Assembly (NCBI GenBank): GCA_002633005.1
Contig: NMRA01000275.1
Span: 103,336-167,335, forward strand
From: Phoronis australis
Taxonomy: Eukaryota > Animalia > Phoronida
Direction: 5' to 3'
Length of the DNA stretch: 64,000 nt
Below the pieces are notes generated by a model. It did no database searches, had not been told where the DNA came from, and saw nothing but the letters and a program-made list of their open reading frames with translations. A program made the translations under genes and the position numbers. Every line of letters begins with the position of its first letter. The stretch's first letter is position 1. This document shows, piece after piece, positions 26,170-37,866 of this stretch.

Positions 26170-26307
26170 CATGGGCGGCGCAGAACTGAAACAAGTGAGG
26201 GCTATAGCTACCAGCCCCCCTNCACCGCTCATAGATCATAGGCAGCGCAGCACTGAAAAAATGAGGGCTACAACCCTTCCCTCAGCCCCTATGGTGCGAC
26301 GCCCATG
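26170..26307. mobile_element. Small MITE-like element spanning an N base
   Basis: Terminal inverted CATGGGCG(G/T)CGCA. Single n at 26222 with two similar left-end sequences on either side. Confidence 0.5.
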
Positions 26308-26449
26308 GACTAGAAGGGTCCAGGCGGCTACACGACGTTAAGAAGTATTACAAGCAGTGAATAAGTTTTATGATTCACAATTTTTCGCATTTGCCAAATT
26401 GTTTTAGTTTGTGCAGTGCGAGCTTCAAAATATTGACAGTTCGTTAGTG

Positions 26450-26803
26450 CTTGAGATAGACTCTAGAACTTGGCTAGTAAGGCTTGAGATAGACTCTACA
26501 ACTTGGCCAGTAAGGGCTTATTATTTCAAGTTATTACTTGAGATAGACTCTACAACTTGGCTAGTAAGGCCTTATCATTTCAAGTTATTGCTTGAGATAG
26601 ACTCTACAATTTGTCCAGTAAGGGCTTATTATTTCAAGTTATTACTTGAGATAGACTCTACAACTTGGCTAGTAAGGCCTTCTCATTTCAAGTTATTGCT
26701 TGAGATAGACCCTACAACTTGGCCAGTAAGGGCTTATTATTTCAAGTTATTACTTGAGATACACTCTACAACTTGGCCAGTAAGCGCTTATCATTTCAAG
26801 TTA
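26450..26803. repeat. 54-bp tandem repeat (6 units plus a partial) with A/B dimeric higher-order structure
   Basis: CTTGAGATA starts at 26483, 26537, 26591, 26645, 26699 and 26753, with a partial unit at 26450. Confidence 0.95.
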
Positions 26804-27822
26804 TGCGCTGAGCTCGAATAATAATGAACTGCGGTACTTTTTCAAACTAGAGAATTAGTTTTCTTCTTAGTAACAAGTTGATGCCTTTTTTGTATCCGTA
26901 AGTGGTTTAAATCGCTTCTTACACGAAGCGAGAGTTTATAATCGCTTGAAACAGTTTTCCATTTAGATCTATTGTACTGACATAGATCTTAAAAATGAGA
27001 GTTCAAAAAGGCGTCCAGTCTACTTTTTTACAAAAAATCAGCATAGCACAAATACATAAACTCCTTGTTTTTGATTTTGCCTTTATAATCCTGTTCATAA
27101 TGTCAGGTTCTGATGGTTACAAAGAATCACCCGATGTTTTCCTGACTTCCACACTGCCTTGGCGACTGAAACTAACCTACCGTGACAAGAATTTTCCTCA
27201 AGCGTAGGAACCATTTCTCATCTGATTCTGGCTTAAAGCCTATTTTATAACAGTAATTGAGCTAAATTAAAATTTGTTTTTGACAGAAGCCGAGGGTTTA
27301 TTGTTCCTTCAAGTCCTGTCTACAAAATCCGATATTTGTATGTAACTTCGAACACGACTTTGGTCTTTCGTTTGACCTGCAAAGAACTGATAGTTCGCTC
27401 TGGCACGAGACTGCTCTGTAAATAAATTGACAAGAAGTGATAACTAAATTTGTAGAGCCTCGTCTCAGCAATAATGAACTGCAAAACCCAGAAGTCACAT
27501 CAACTGTAACAAAGGAACAATTTTACAACGTTAAATAGTCTAAATCAAAATGTGTTTTTAAGATGGAGGGCGGGTTTATAGCCTTTTATCTTTCACAGCA
27601 GTACTTTAGACAGTCATTTTGCAAACACATGGTTTCGCGGGACTAGCACAATGCATTTGAATTCGTTTTAATTTGTATGATATTAGGAAGAGCAAAATGT
27701 GATTGAGGCGTTAAGTAGTAATAGGTCCAGTTCTATCGTTCGACATAGAATAGTAAAGTGCGTTTTGTGTTGACTCCTTTAAATGATCCATCTTATTTCC
27801 TTCTCTCATAACTCTTCTACAG

Positions 27823-28125
27823 TGGAAGCGTTAGTTCTCGTGAGCAGAAACGGTCGACTTCCGTTTACTGGATCAACAGTTATAGAGTGCAGCGATGAGA
27901 ACGCGCCATCCAGTATACGGTTTCAGCATCTGGACAATGACGGCAACTGGCGGGACATCGACGCTACAAAACCGGGGAGCAGAGTTGCAGTGAGGAAACA
28001 AACCAAGGTGCTAACACTGACACGAGACACGTGGTTAAGGATGGAAGAATTAAATGGGGCTTACAGGTGCATGACGCGCTTAGAGACGGTTTACACGATT
28101 AAACTACCAAGCAGAAGACTGCACG
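27823..28125 (+). CDS. Tie-like receptor exon 2 (Ig-like domain 1)
   Basis: Pyrimidine tract plus tacAG acceptor, donor CACG|GTACAG, 303 nt, phase 1-1. Encodes VEALVLVSR...VIEC...ELNGAYRCMTRLETVYTIKL, resembling Tie2 Ig1 (KINGAYFC...RTMKM). Confidence 0.85.
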
Positions 28126-28320
28126 GTACAGGTTTTGACTTGTGATCATTTGTTGATGTAATTTACATGTGTATGTCAGTGTCTTTTTTAAAAGCATGTT
28201 TGATGTTACAATAGTCTTCTCTTCCGTGACCGGACTACTAAGTTAATGCACTGAATTCAAAATCCCAATAAGTGATCATCACCTCATTACCACTAAATAA
28301 CTGCCTTCTTCAACAATTCG

Positions 28321-29605
28321 CATAGGCGGATTCAGGGGGGCCAAGGGGCCCGCCCCCCCCCCCGCTTGGCTGCCGCAAAAAAACAGCAAGAGCGTAGGGA
28401 AAAGTTGAGTTTATTAATTTGCCCCGGTAATTAAAATTATGAAAAAAAGATTTAAATGTGTGCAGTTTTAGTGTTTGGGAGGGGGCTCATATCCAATTTC
28501 AAGTGTCAAATTCGGAACACGGCGCATGGTAACGGAACTATGGCTAAGTGGTCGCGTAAAGTCACGATGTCGGTACTTCCGTAACTCACCGGCAATTTCC
28601 GTACCGTCCTTGACCTCGAGCGGCAACCGATGGACGTGTGCGGGTTTTTTGTGAACATTTTTGTTCTTTGACTGCGAATTTCTTACGAAGTCGCCGGAAC
28701 AGGACACCGTGAATGGTATTGGGAGAAAGAACAATTCTTCATGGTTTGTTGAACCTCTGTTTTGTGTAAATTTATTGAGTTTTATGTTTGCTATGGACGG
28801 CTGAAGTGAAGCACCCGTGGAATTTCTGGTCGGAAGTGTCATACCTCGTAGTATTATATGTAGTGTATTGGGGACGATCAGAAGCTGAGGACGCCTGTGG
28901 CTAAGTGTAGGCTCTTCCGCGATATCCCAGGCGACCGGCAGTGGCGCTGCGCACTACGACTCCGTTTACGTCGTCTGCTCCACTGTGCAATGAAGAAAAT
29001 TTACTTCATTTTTTAAAGAAAATGGAACCTGAGTGACGATGAAAAACAGAAGCTGCTGGTAAGATGTGAATTTTAATCGAAGCCTTAGTGAATCACTCAG
29101 AAACTCATTAATTCTCTCTTTGTAAAACCTTAACTTAAGACGATTTCCAAAGCAATCCCGTCATTATTGCCAACACGAAAAACGGATTTGGTCTTTTGGG
29201 CATTTGAAGACTATTTTAAATACAACAAATTTGTTAAGAACCGATTGCACAAAATATAAAACGTGTAATAAGTATTACAAAAAGAAGTAGGTTTCGCGCG
29301 CAAACGCTGTGGTGAAATCGTGGTGGTGTAGTGGTACAGCACGCGCGTCCTATCAGCCAGGTCATAAGTTCGAATCTGTGGAACTCGCAGTTTTTCCTGT
29401 GTGACACGTTCTCCGTGTTTCTTTTTTTCTTGGATAATACATCAGAAATCAAGGAAAATGCTTGATTGTTAGAGGAAAAAACAGAACAATTTCCTCCCCA
29501 CCTCTCCCCATTCAGTGCTATGCGCATCTACAATCGTGGTTTGCGCAAATGCTTACAACCGGATAAAATGATGCCCCCCCTTGTGATATCCTAGATCCGC
29601 CACTG
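28321..29605. mobile_element. Non-autonomous hAT-like element
   Basis: Ends CATAGGCGGATTCAGG and reverse-complement CAGTGGCGGATCTAGG, same terminal type as 1010..3348. Flanks are ATTCG / GTTCG. Internal 28630-28900 is homologous in reverse complement to 10095-10134 plus 11712-11940. Confidence 0.7.
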
Positions 29606-29771
29606 GTTCGATACCATAATTTCCATCTAACGTTGACATCGCTGTGATAAATACTCTCGTCGTCGTCGTGACCATCGTTTTGCAGATCGGCGACAATGAC
29701 GCCAGATTTTCAAGCTTTTACCAGTTGACGTTGGTACTGTCGTTTACCTCATTTTCACTGCGTTCTTGTAG

Positions 29772-30035
29772 TGGCAGCATCCCCGGAGAAGTACACGGTT
29801 GTGGCTAACAAAGACGACACGGTCATGCTAACAATGAACTCATTGCACGATTGGGCAACGCCTGAGGGATTGTCCTACGCATGGAAGCACAACGGCAAAA
29901 CGCGCAATGAAACGTCTTGGCAGGCATTCAGTGTTGAAATTGAGCAGGCGAGTGAAGCTGACGAAGGAATATATACCCTCAACATACCTCAGTACGCGCT
30001 TATATATAAGAGCTACATGCGGTTGATCATTCGTG
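29772..30035 (+). CDS. Tie-like receptor exon 3 (Ig-like domain 2)
   Basis: ttgtAG acceptor, GTG|GTAAGT donor, 264 nt, phase 1-1. Encodes PEKYTVVANKDDTVML...WKHNG...DEGIY...YMRLIIRG, matching the Tie Ig2 pattern (TVDKGDNV...DAGVY...TRLIVR). Confidence 0.9.
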
Positions 30036-31970
30036 GTAAGTTTACATTTCCTCATCCACTGCACGTACATCACGTGTGTTGTGGGGTTTTGTGGCATATT
30101 CAATATTCGACAGGTACTACCCTTTAGACCAATATGTGCCGAGTGTGACAATATCTGCAGTCAACATCGACACATGCTGTCGCCAAGAGTACAATATATG
30201 GCACATGTTGTCGCACCCGGCATATAAGTTATAGTTGCCACAGAGGACGACATCATGTATCGGGTGCGACAATATTTGATGCCACATGTTGTCAACTGCC
30301 TAAAAGTATCTACTTTTAGGGAAAGTTCATAGCTGCGTACACGCATATGGGGTGCATATTGTCATCCTGTCCGGTTTTGCGTTTATCATTCCGCTCGATA
30401 TTTCAAAAATCCTTACTCTGATCCTGATCAAATTTAGCACAATAGTTTACGGCATCACTTACGTGGTGCTTGTGACTTTCTATTGTGTACCTTCGCCCAG
30501 GGCCAGGAATATTTTTGGCGGGATGGTGTTCCTGGATATGTCTAGAAAAGCGACGCGCAGAGGTATGTGGCGACAACGCGCCAGTGACAGTAGATTTCCG
30601 GGTGGATTCAACCACTGTGCCACCCCCAAGTGGCTATTTTAATCTCGGAGGGCATTTAAACTGTTTACGACAGAATGTTCGGTGAAGTCCTCAGCACTTC
30701 AAAGGCTTGATGGCGCCGCCATAGATTGAAGTGAGTCAGTCGCTATTCATGGACTTGGCCTAATGCGCATTGGCTGAGATGCAGTCGTAAACCATGAACG
30801 CGTCTGTTTAGCGTATGAGTCGAAGTTAAAAAAGTACAATAAGTAAACCAAACGATCAACATGACTGTTTTTTGAAATTGGAAAGTAAATATTATCCGTC
30901 TTCGATTTTTTAAATCTTCGGATTAGAAGAGAAATTAGCGAATAGGTTTTCTTTAGGAACGCGCCTCAGCCACGCACAAATTATGTGAATCGATTAGGAC
31001 GGATTAGTCCCTGTTTGGCTTAAAGTGGAATAGAGAGTAAAAAACAGACCACACTGGATTATTCAGAGTGGTTCTCTGCCACTGAAACAAAAAATCAAGC
31101 TGTTTACCTGGTATTTTTACGATTTGTCCGTAAAGATTTTGAATTTCTGTTGATGTCAAAGCACTTTTCCTTTAGTTTTACATGTCAAAAAGTGACATGT
31201 CAACTGCTCATCACTGTCTATTCTTCTCCCACACGGCAAAGAACCTCTCCGTATTTGGTATGACAAGACATAGACGCAGCACATTACCGTTATACATTTG
31301 TCTTTCTAATTCAACAAAGACAGTGGCGATTTCAAACTGCAACCGGCCTGTCTTCTTTAAGCGCATGCTTGCATACATATTATCAGGGACGGATAATTTG
31401 GGATGAAATGAATTTTATTTCGAGTGTGTTTCAAAAATAGTCAATCTGACGATTATTTGTTGAAATTCTTGCAATTTTCAAAGTGAATAACTCTCACTTA
31501 CCAAGAAGTAGATTCGCTACTATCTGTTTAAAATGTATTTTTACGAATTTTCGCGTTTCATGACTCTTTAAGTTCGCTTATAGCTCTTGAGGCCCTAAAA
31601 CGCGAATTGATAACGTATTAGGAGTTGCCTCGTGATGCGCATTTATAAGAGTCACGCGTTGCAGGGTCGCTTACATTATTCGATAATCTTGCGAAATCCT
31701 TGGAAGCAGATAGAGAACCAAAACAACTATAGGGGATTGACAATCTGTCGTTCCTGATAATTCTATAATGATACTAATTTTGAAAGAGACATTATCGTTT
31801 TTACGACCGAAAAATGCATTTTTGAATTATTGCTGGGTGAGAATGATGATTTGAAATTTTAAACCAGATTTATAAATCAATAAAATACGTTGTTTTGTGA
31901 TAATGTTACAAATCGTTAATTCTCGCCGATGTCTGCCAGACATTCGTTGAAACCAAAGCCTCTGACTATC

Positions 31971-32047
31971 GAGTGCAATTTAGCTCGCTAGGTCAACGGT
32001 TGCCTGCAAAATCCAAGATTCGTGGTTCGAATCCGCGCTGAGGCTAG
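31971..32047 (+). mobile_element. tRNA-derived SINE head / tRNA pseudogene
   Basis: A-box-like TAGCTCGCTAGG at 31981 and B-box GGTTCGAATCC at 32024. The acceptor and anticodon stems do not pair well. Confidence 0.6.
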
Positions 32048-33057
32048 TTTCAGAAAATTGTTTGTTTCGTCAATAATGACAATTTAAATACATGCATACT
32101 TTAAAGGCCATGTAGATTTGTCGTTTTTTTTTTAATTTGTCAAACTTGAGGAACAAAATACGCCCTATCTCATACATGTAAGTGGCTCATCGGATTCATA
32201 TGAAACTTACAGACTCTAATTAAAAACAAAATCGAAATGGCATAATTTAGAAAAGTTCATCTTGAACATTCATATCAAACGAAATTTGTTGATACCGCTG
32301 TTTTGCTTTGTATGTACCTTTCTTCTTTGTTGCATTTTAGAAAAAGAGGTTGTCACGTGACCTAGTTAATAGCAGATTGCGCAACTGATTCCCCGCGTAA
32401 CTGAACCATGCTTTGGAATAAATTGAAATGTTTAGGCGACCTAGTCAAACTTTTGGACCTGTATATAGTCACTGACGTCTTCGTGACGCTTGTCTCTATC
32501 GTAACTCATTTCCGGTCCACTTTATTTACAAATACTCAAGTCTTCAAAATGATCAATAAACGTCAGGTCCAATATCTGACAATTTTATACCAATATGTCT
32601 TTTGCCTTCTCATTGACGCCGCGCATGCGGGGCGTTTGATTTTTGCGTTCGTTAGTTCCGGTGTTGGTTCTTCCTATGGTATTTACTGTCACAAAAACGT
32701 TTCGCAACTTCGCTGTTCAACCGAATTGTATCTGAATCATATCATTAGAAAGCCATTGGCCAGTGCTTGATGGTGTGTGATTATAATAAATTTATTAGAA
32801 TAGCACAAGTACTGAGAAGTAAGTGAAAAATATAAAAACACAAAAAAGAGTAAAAATAAAAGTTCAAGTGTAATACACGAATAAATTAAAAGGTCAATGA
32901 CTTATTTCCATGATGTTCCGTAAAAAAGTTGCAAAACAGCCGAAGCAAACGACAAATAATCATCATGACCTTCTACTCCACAAACTTCGATCCTACGGCA
33001 TTACTGGGAATCTTTTAAATATGATTACCTCATATCTCTCTTATAATACATGTAGAT

Positions 33058-33340
33058 ATTGTTCGTGTCGACGGTGATCTTTCAACATCATCTCCTCCTG
33101 GGTGTGGAAACGCAGGTGTACCGCAGGGTACCGTATTAGACCCTCTTCTCTTCTTGGTTTATATTAGTGACCTCAGCTATTAGTCACAAGAATGGAGAAT
33201 GAATTTTAAACCTGAAAAAAGCGTTGAAAGTCTTGTTCAAATCCTTTACACTTCCACACATTATTATTGTGACATAATATATCAGACTTTCAACACTGGT
33301 GCACTCCACCATTTGGAAAAATTACAGTATCAAGCTGCCT
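33058..33340 (+). mobile_element. CR1/L2-type LINE reverse-transcriptase fragments
   Basis: VRVDG...AGVPQGTVLDPLLFLVYISDL, then EWRMNFKPEKS, then LEKLQYQAA. Internally deleted. Confidence 0.85.
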
Positions 33341-35993
33341 TACTCTACAAAAATTACATAATTATTAAATGGTAGTCTAAACTTCGAACTTTTTCTCAAT
33401 GAATTCCTCTTATGCAATGTTAGTAAATTTTTATACATCGCTTATTGATGTTGTTGCTTCTAATTTCTGTATCTGCGCATGTTTTTGTTTTTAATATGGC
33501 ATATCTAAATGTTTGAATACTTATGTTAGATACTACATACATGTACACTACTTTAATCTATATACTGTCTACAACCCAGATGTTTGTCGTTATTTTCCTT
33601 ACATTTTCTGTGTATTCTTCAATGAATATATATCACCTTGAAAAAAAATCTGCCACGTGAACAGTATGGGTGAAGTATTAAAAAAATTCCCAAAAAATCA
33701 AAAAACTCAAGAATTCGACTCAGTACTTTAGTGAAGGGAGTTCTTCGGGTGACATTTAGAGAATCACTTGAAGGATTTCGATGAAATTTGACACAGAGGT
33801 ATGTGACGGCTTAACACTGGTGGAAGATAATTTGTAGAGGATGCAGGGGATTCAATAATTGGAACATCGCCTAGTGACCATTTTGTTCTCGATATTGGGC
33901 TTTTTCTCTATTTTGAGGGTAGATCGTTTCCTGACGATATTTCATCAAGCAATGCGGCACTGATTTCAATGAAATTCGAAACAATTAAATGTGATGTCAA
34001 CCACGTTTCATTTGGATAATGTCTACAGAATGGATGTTCGGATTTCAATGAAACTGGTAACAATTGTCCACTACGCCGGCACCAATCGATTTTCAGACGG
34101 TGACTATTTTGATCTTAACAAGTGGCTATTCAGTATTTTCTGGGGTAGAGCCGGATAATATCTAGGCAACCAAATGACGGATTTCAGTAAATCTTTACAG
34201 AGAAGTTTGTGACGGCAATCCCCCGGCACCAGTCGAGTTGTTCATCAATCAATCTGCACAATTTTTTTCTTGATAATTTCTGTCGCTTTCATTCGCCATC
34301 TTCATAAGCTGAATAATTTGGCAGCAACCACTCTTGAAGATAGAATGCATCAAAGGCACGACAGCGTTGTCGGCTGAGGATTTTCATTCGTAATTAGCTC
34401 TTTGTATGTTTCACAATCATCCGCAGGACAACAATAGAAAAGTCCGCCAAGAGACGTCAGAAGAAGACTTAAAATAACGGCTATATTTCAAGACAGGTCT
34501 TGTCTCATCCTCAAGCACAACTAAAATATCACGTGATTAACAAAAAAGGCGACAAAATGTCATGACTTAATAGCCTAAGGGTGTATAACCAATAACAGGA
34601 TTTAAACACAACGTAGTAAAAAAATCAGAGCCAGTGTAAAGTGTACAGGCGCAAGCTTCTCATTCAACACAGGCTTTTCAAAAGCAATAAGCAGACTTCA
34701 ATATCCTCAATCTGTGGGTGTCATGTTCAATATACCGAATTACAGCGTTATCAAAGATCTCGTGTGTAGTAATTTTACGGCCAACGCGAAGTAGTTGTCT
34801 TGTATTGAACCACTCTGTAAATGTTAGGCCAGGCGTCGGGAAACAGTACATAACGTATGGACCATGAATGGGTATTCGGACGATTTCAGTCGTGTAAAAG
34901 ACAAGTGAATTCGTGAACAACACCACACAGAGCGAACGATCACAATTTTTAGCAGCTTAGATGGTTTTTCATTACTAGATTCTATGACTTATAGTGTTCT
35001 GATAGTAGATAACATTAACGTTATCTCCCGGTTTTACAACTTTGACATTCTCTCATACAATAGTCATTGGCCTAGACTGCAGTTATTGTAACAAACGATC
35101 TTGGTGCTGTCAGGGTTGGCATTGGTGTTGACACTCAAATCAATTTTTTGAAACAAGTACCTAACATGATATCAATTTGCAAGTGCTCGATTCACTCGTT
35201 ATTAGATTTCAGCATTAAACCCGTTCCAGTCAGACGATACTTGGTACTGTATTTCCACGCTCTTAACAATGCTATTGCATATTAGGAAGTAACCGACTAT
35301 GGTATTTTAATACAATCTACGCTTAACAAAGTGCAGTTGTATTCATCGTCAACGTGTAAAAGTGAAAACAAAAAATTCTACAAATTGGTGACGTATCTCG
35401 CAAGCTCACATAGCCCACATCATGCAATAACCTTTGGTATATGTTGTGTTTCCAACGAATTTGGCCAAGCATTCACAGAGATAAGGCATTAGCCTGCAAG
35501 TTCCACTTTAAGGTATTTAGAGAAAACGGCAACTTTGTAACGTTCAGGACAATCGATATCAGCATGTAAGCTGCCACAAATATCTGTAGGTTTGTGATTG
35601 ACAGAAGTACCGAAACCACATTCAGTATAATGTGTCAGGACAACAAGAAACGGCAATTTTTCACATTCTTGCATTTTATACGTATAATTGCAAGTGTTGT
35701 CTGAAGAGATAACAAATCGCGATTAATATAAAAAATATCGTCTTCGTAGCGGATCAGCAAACACAGGAATACCATCAACGCAACACTGCCGCGCGTTTAA
35801 AAAATTCCATTGTCACCATGAAGGACATATCATTATCGTCGCAATATCTTTCGTTCATGTTTGCTAAATGTTGTTCCACAAGGCTGCGTTTATAATCATT
35901 TTGTCTTCATCATTCATCATCGTCACCATCATCACCCAGTCGATAACAGAAATCCAATCAGACCCAAGTCTGATTGAATTTTTTTATCGATCG

Positions 35994-36261
35994 GCAGTCC
36001 TGATACCTTAGTGGACTAGAGCGTCTGCGCGGTGAGCAGAAAGTGCCGGGTTCGAGACAAGAAGACTAATAATTTTTACTTGTACCATGTCAACACGTCA
36101 CACTTATATACACGAATATGCACTCCCAAGTTTGGATAAGATATCTCCTATTCTAAAATTTTGATTTGACTTCTGTTATCTACCGGTGCCCCGATAGCTC
36201 CGTAGAGTAGAGCGTCTGCGCGGTTTGCAGGAAGTCCCGGATTCGACCCCTGGGTCCGGTC
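35994..36261 (+). repeat. Two tandem tRNA-like (SINE-head) units about 190 bp apart
   Basis: TAGAGCGTCTGCGCGGT..GCAG.AAGT.CCGG.TTCGA is present at about 36016 and 36207, with A/B-box-like motifs. Confidence 0.65.
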
Positions 36262-37866
36262 TCTAATCTTTGTACTCGAAACGAACTCGAAACTATTTTT
36301 GGCAATTTCTCTGCTCCTTTTGTGCGAACTTAAGATAATTGGTTATCAGACTGAGCTCGAATACATTATAGTTTATGCATAGGAGTTTCTAGTTCAAGTT
36401 CGCCCTTGAAGACCCTTATATTCGTGCTACAAACTCGATTAAAAACTCGAAATTTCGAGTTCAAACTCGAACTTATTGCTTTAATATTGGGTTTACAAAC
36501 TGTGAACTAAGGGCAATAAATTATCTACGTAAGTTATTGTGTACTCGACCATAGAATAATAGACACTTATCTTGAGTTCGCCCAAAAGTAGAGTAGAAAA
36601 TGCCAAACCTAATTTCGAGTTCCATTTCGAGTAGAAGATTGGAGACCGGGCCCTGGTCAGGACAGACGTCTGTCCAATCATGAGTCATGTGATATTGCTA
36701 ACATACGGAGCGTAAGGAGACTGCTAGTTCTTATTTACAAAGATAATGTCTGTGGTGATCAGTTCATTAGTTCTAAAGCACATTAAGGGTGGTTTGCATG
36801 GTGCTGAGAAACTGCTGATGTAGCCCCGACCGTATTATAAACGTACATTTACGTAGTTGATGGTTCTCAATTAATTATTTTGTTCGTACATTTATTTGAA
36901 CAAAATATTTCGCAGTATGAAAAATTAGAAAAACACATACACGCACAATTACAAACATCACAAGCACACCTGGGATCAGAATATTATCAAAGACGAAAGT
37001 TACACAAATAGATGAATCATAGGGGTCCGCCCTTCAACGAATAAGTCATATTGACAATTTTTGAAAAATACTTTTTCAAGATTGTGATATTTAGATTGTT
37101 CTATTTTGAGTAGTTGCAAACACGGAACACTAGAGTTAAATCTCGCTTTATAAATATTTTACTTGACCAAACATATAACCGAATTCATAACCTGTTCCGC
37201 ACCATGCCTGCCAAACAAAACCTCATGTAAGTTCAGTTCGAGAGTTTCACCAGTTTTCGATATGACCTAGTTGTTTACAGCTACCCAAACATTTTGAACC
37301 ATTGTACAAGATCAATACAACTGAACAAGATCTTCAGACTCACTATTACAAAAAGTACACAAGCGTAAATTTGTTAAACCAATCTTCTGTAAAAAAATGT
37401 TTGTACTAATAAGTCTGTGAAGAAATCTTATTTGAAACCACCTCAGTTTTGTATCCATAGTGAAATTATCTGCCAATACATTGTACCTACGCCGCCATTC
37501 TTCTGGCTGTGCAATACTTTAACAACTTTCGCATTTAATCACATATTTAGATTTTTTATACAAAGACATGATGAAATGATTATAAACAATTTTGCTTACA
37601 TGATTCGAATTAACAACAGTCAAAGCAAAATCAAATCTATAAGGAAGCATAACTTGAAATACATCGAAACAGGAATGACTCTTCAATAGATTACGGACAA
37701 CATAACGCACGCCCAGGAAAACAGTGAACGGAGGAGAAAAATCATAGAAGGAACAAAACTGATCATAAGTCATCAGTTCACGATTGCAATTTCAGAGATC
37801 ATAAAGAAAGTTATGCCCTTTCTATAACATTGTTTATTAGAATATTGTTTTTTCTTTATCTATTAA

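Noticed and set aside
26411-26821. 136-aa repetitive protein ORF
   Set aside because: Product of a 54-bp tandem repeat with a non-ATG start and no convincing splice context.
31971-32047. Functional tRNA gene
   Set aside because: The B-box is intact but the acceptor and anticodon stems do not pair, so it is treated as a SINE head or pseudogene.
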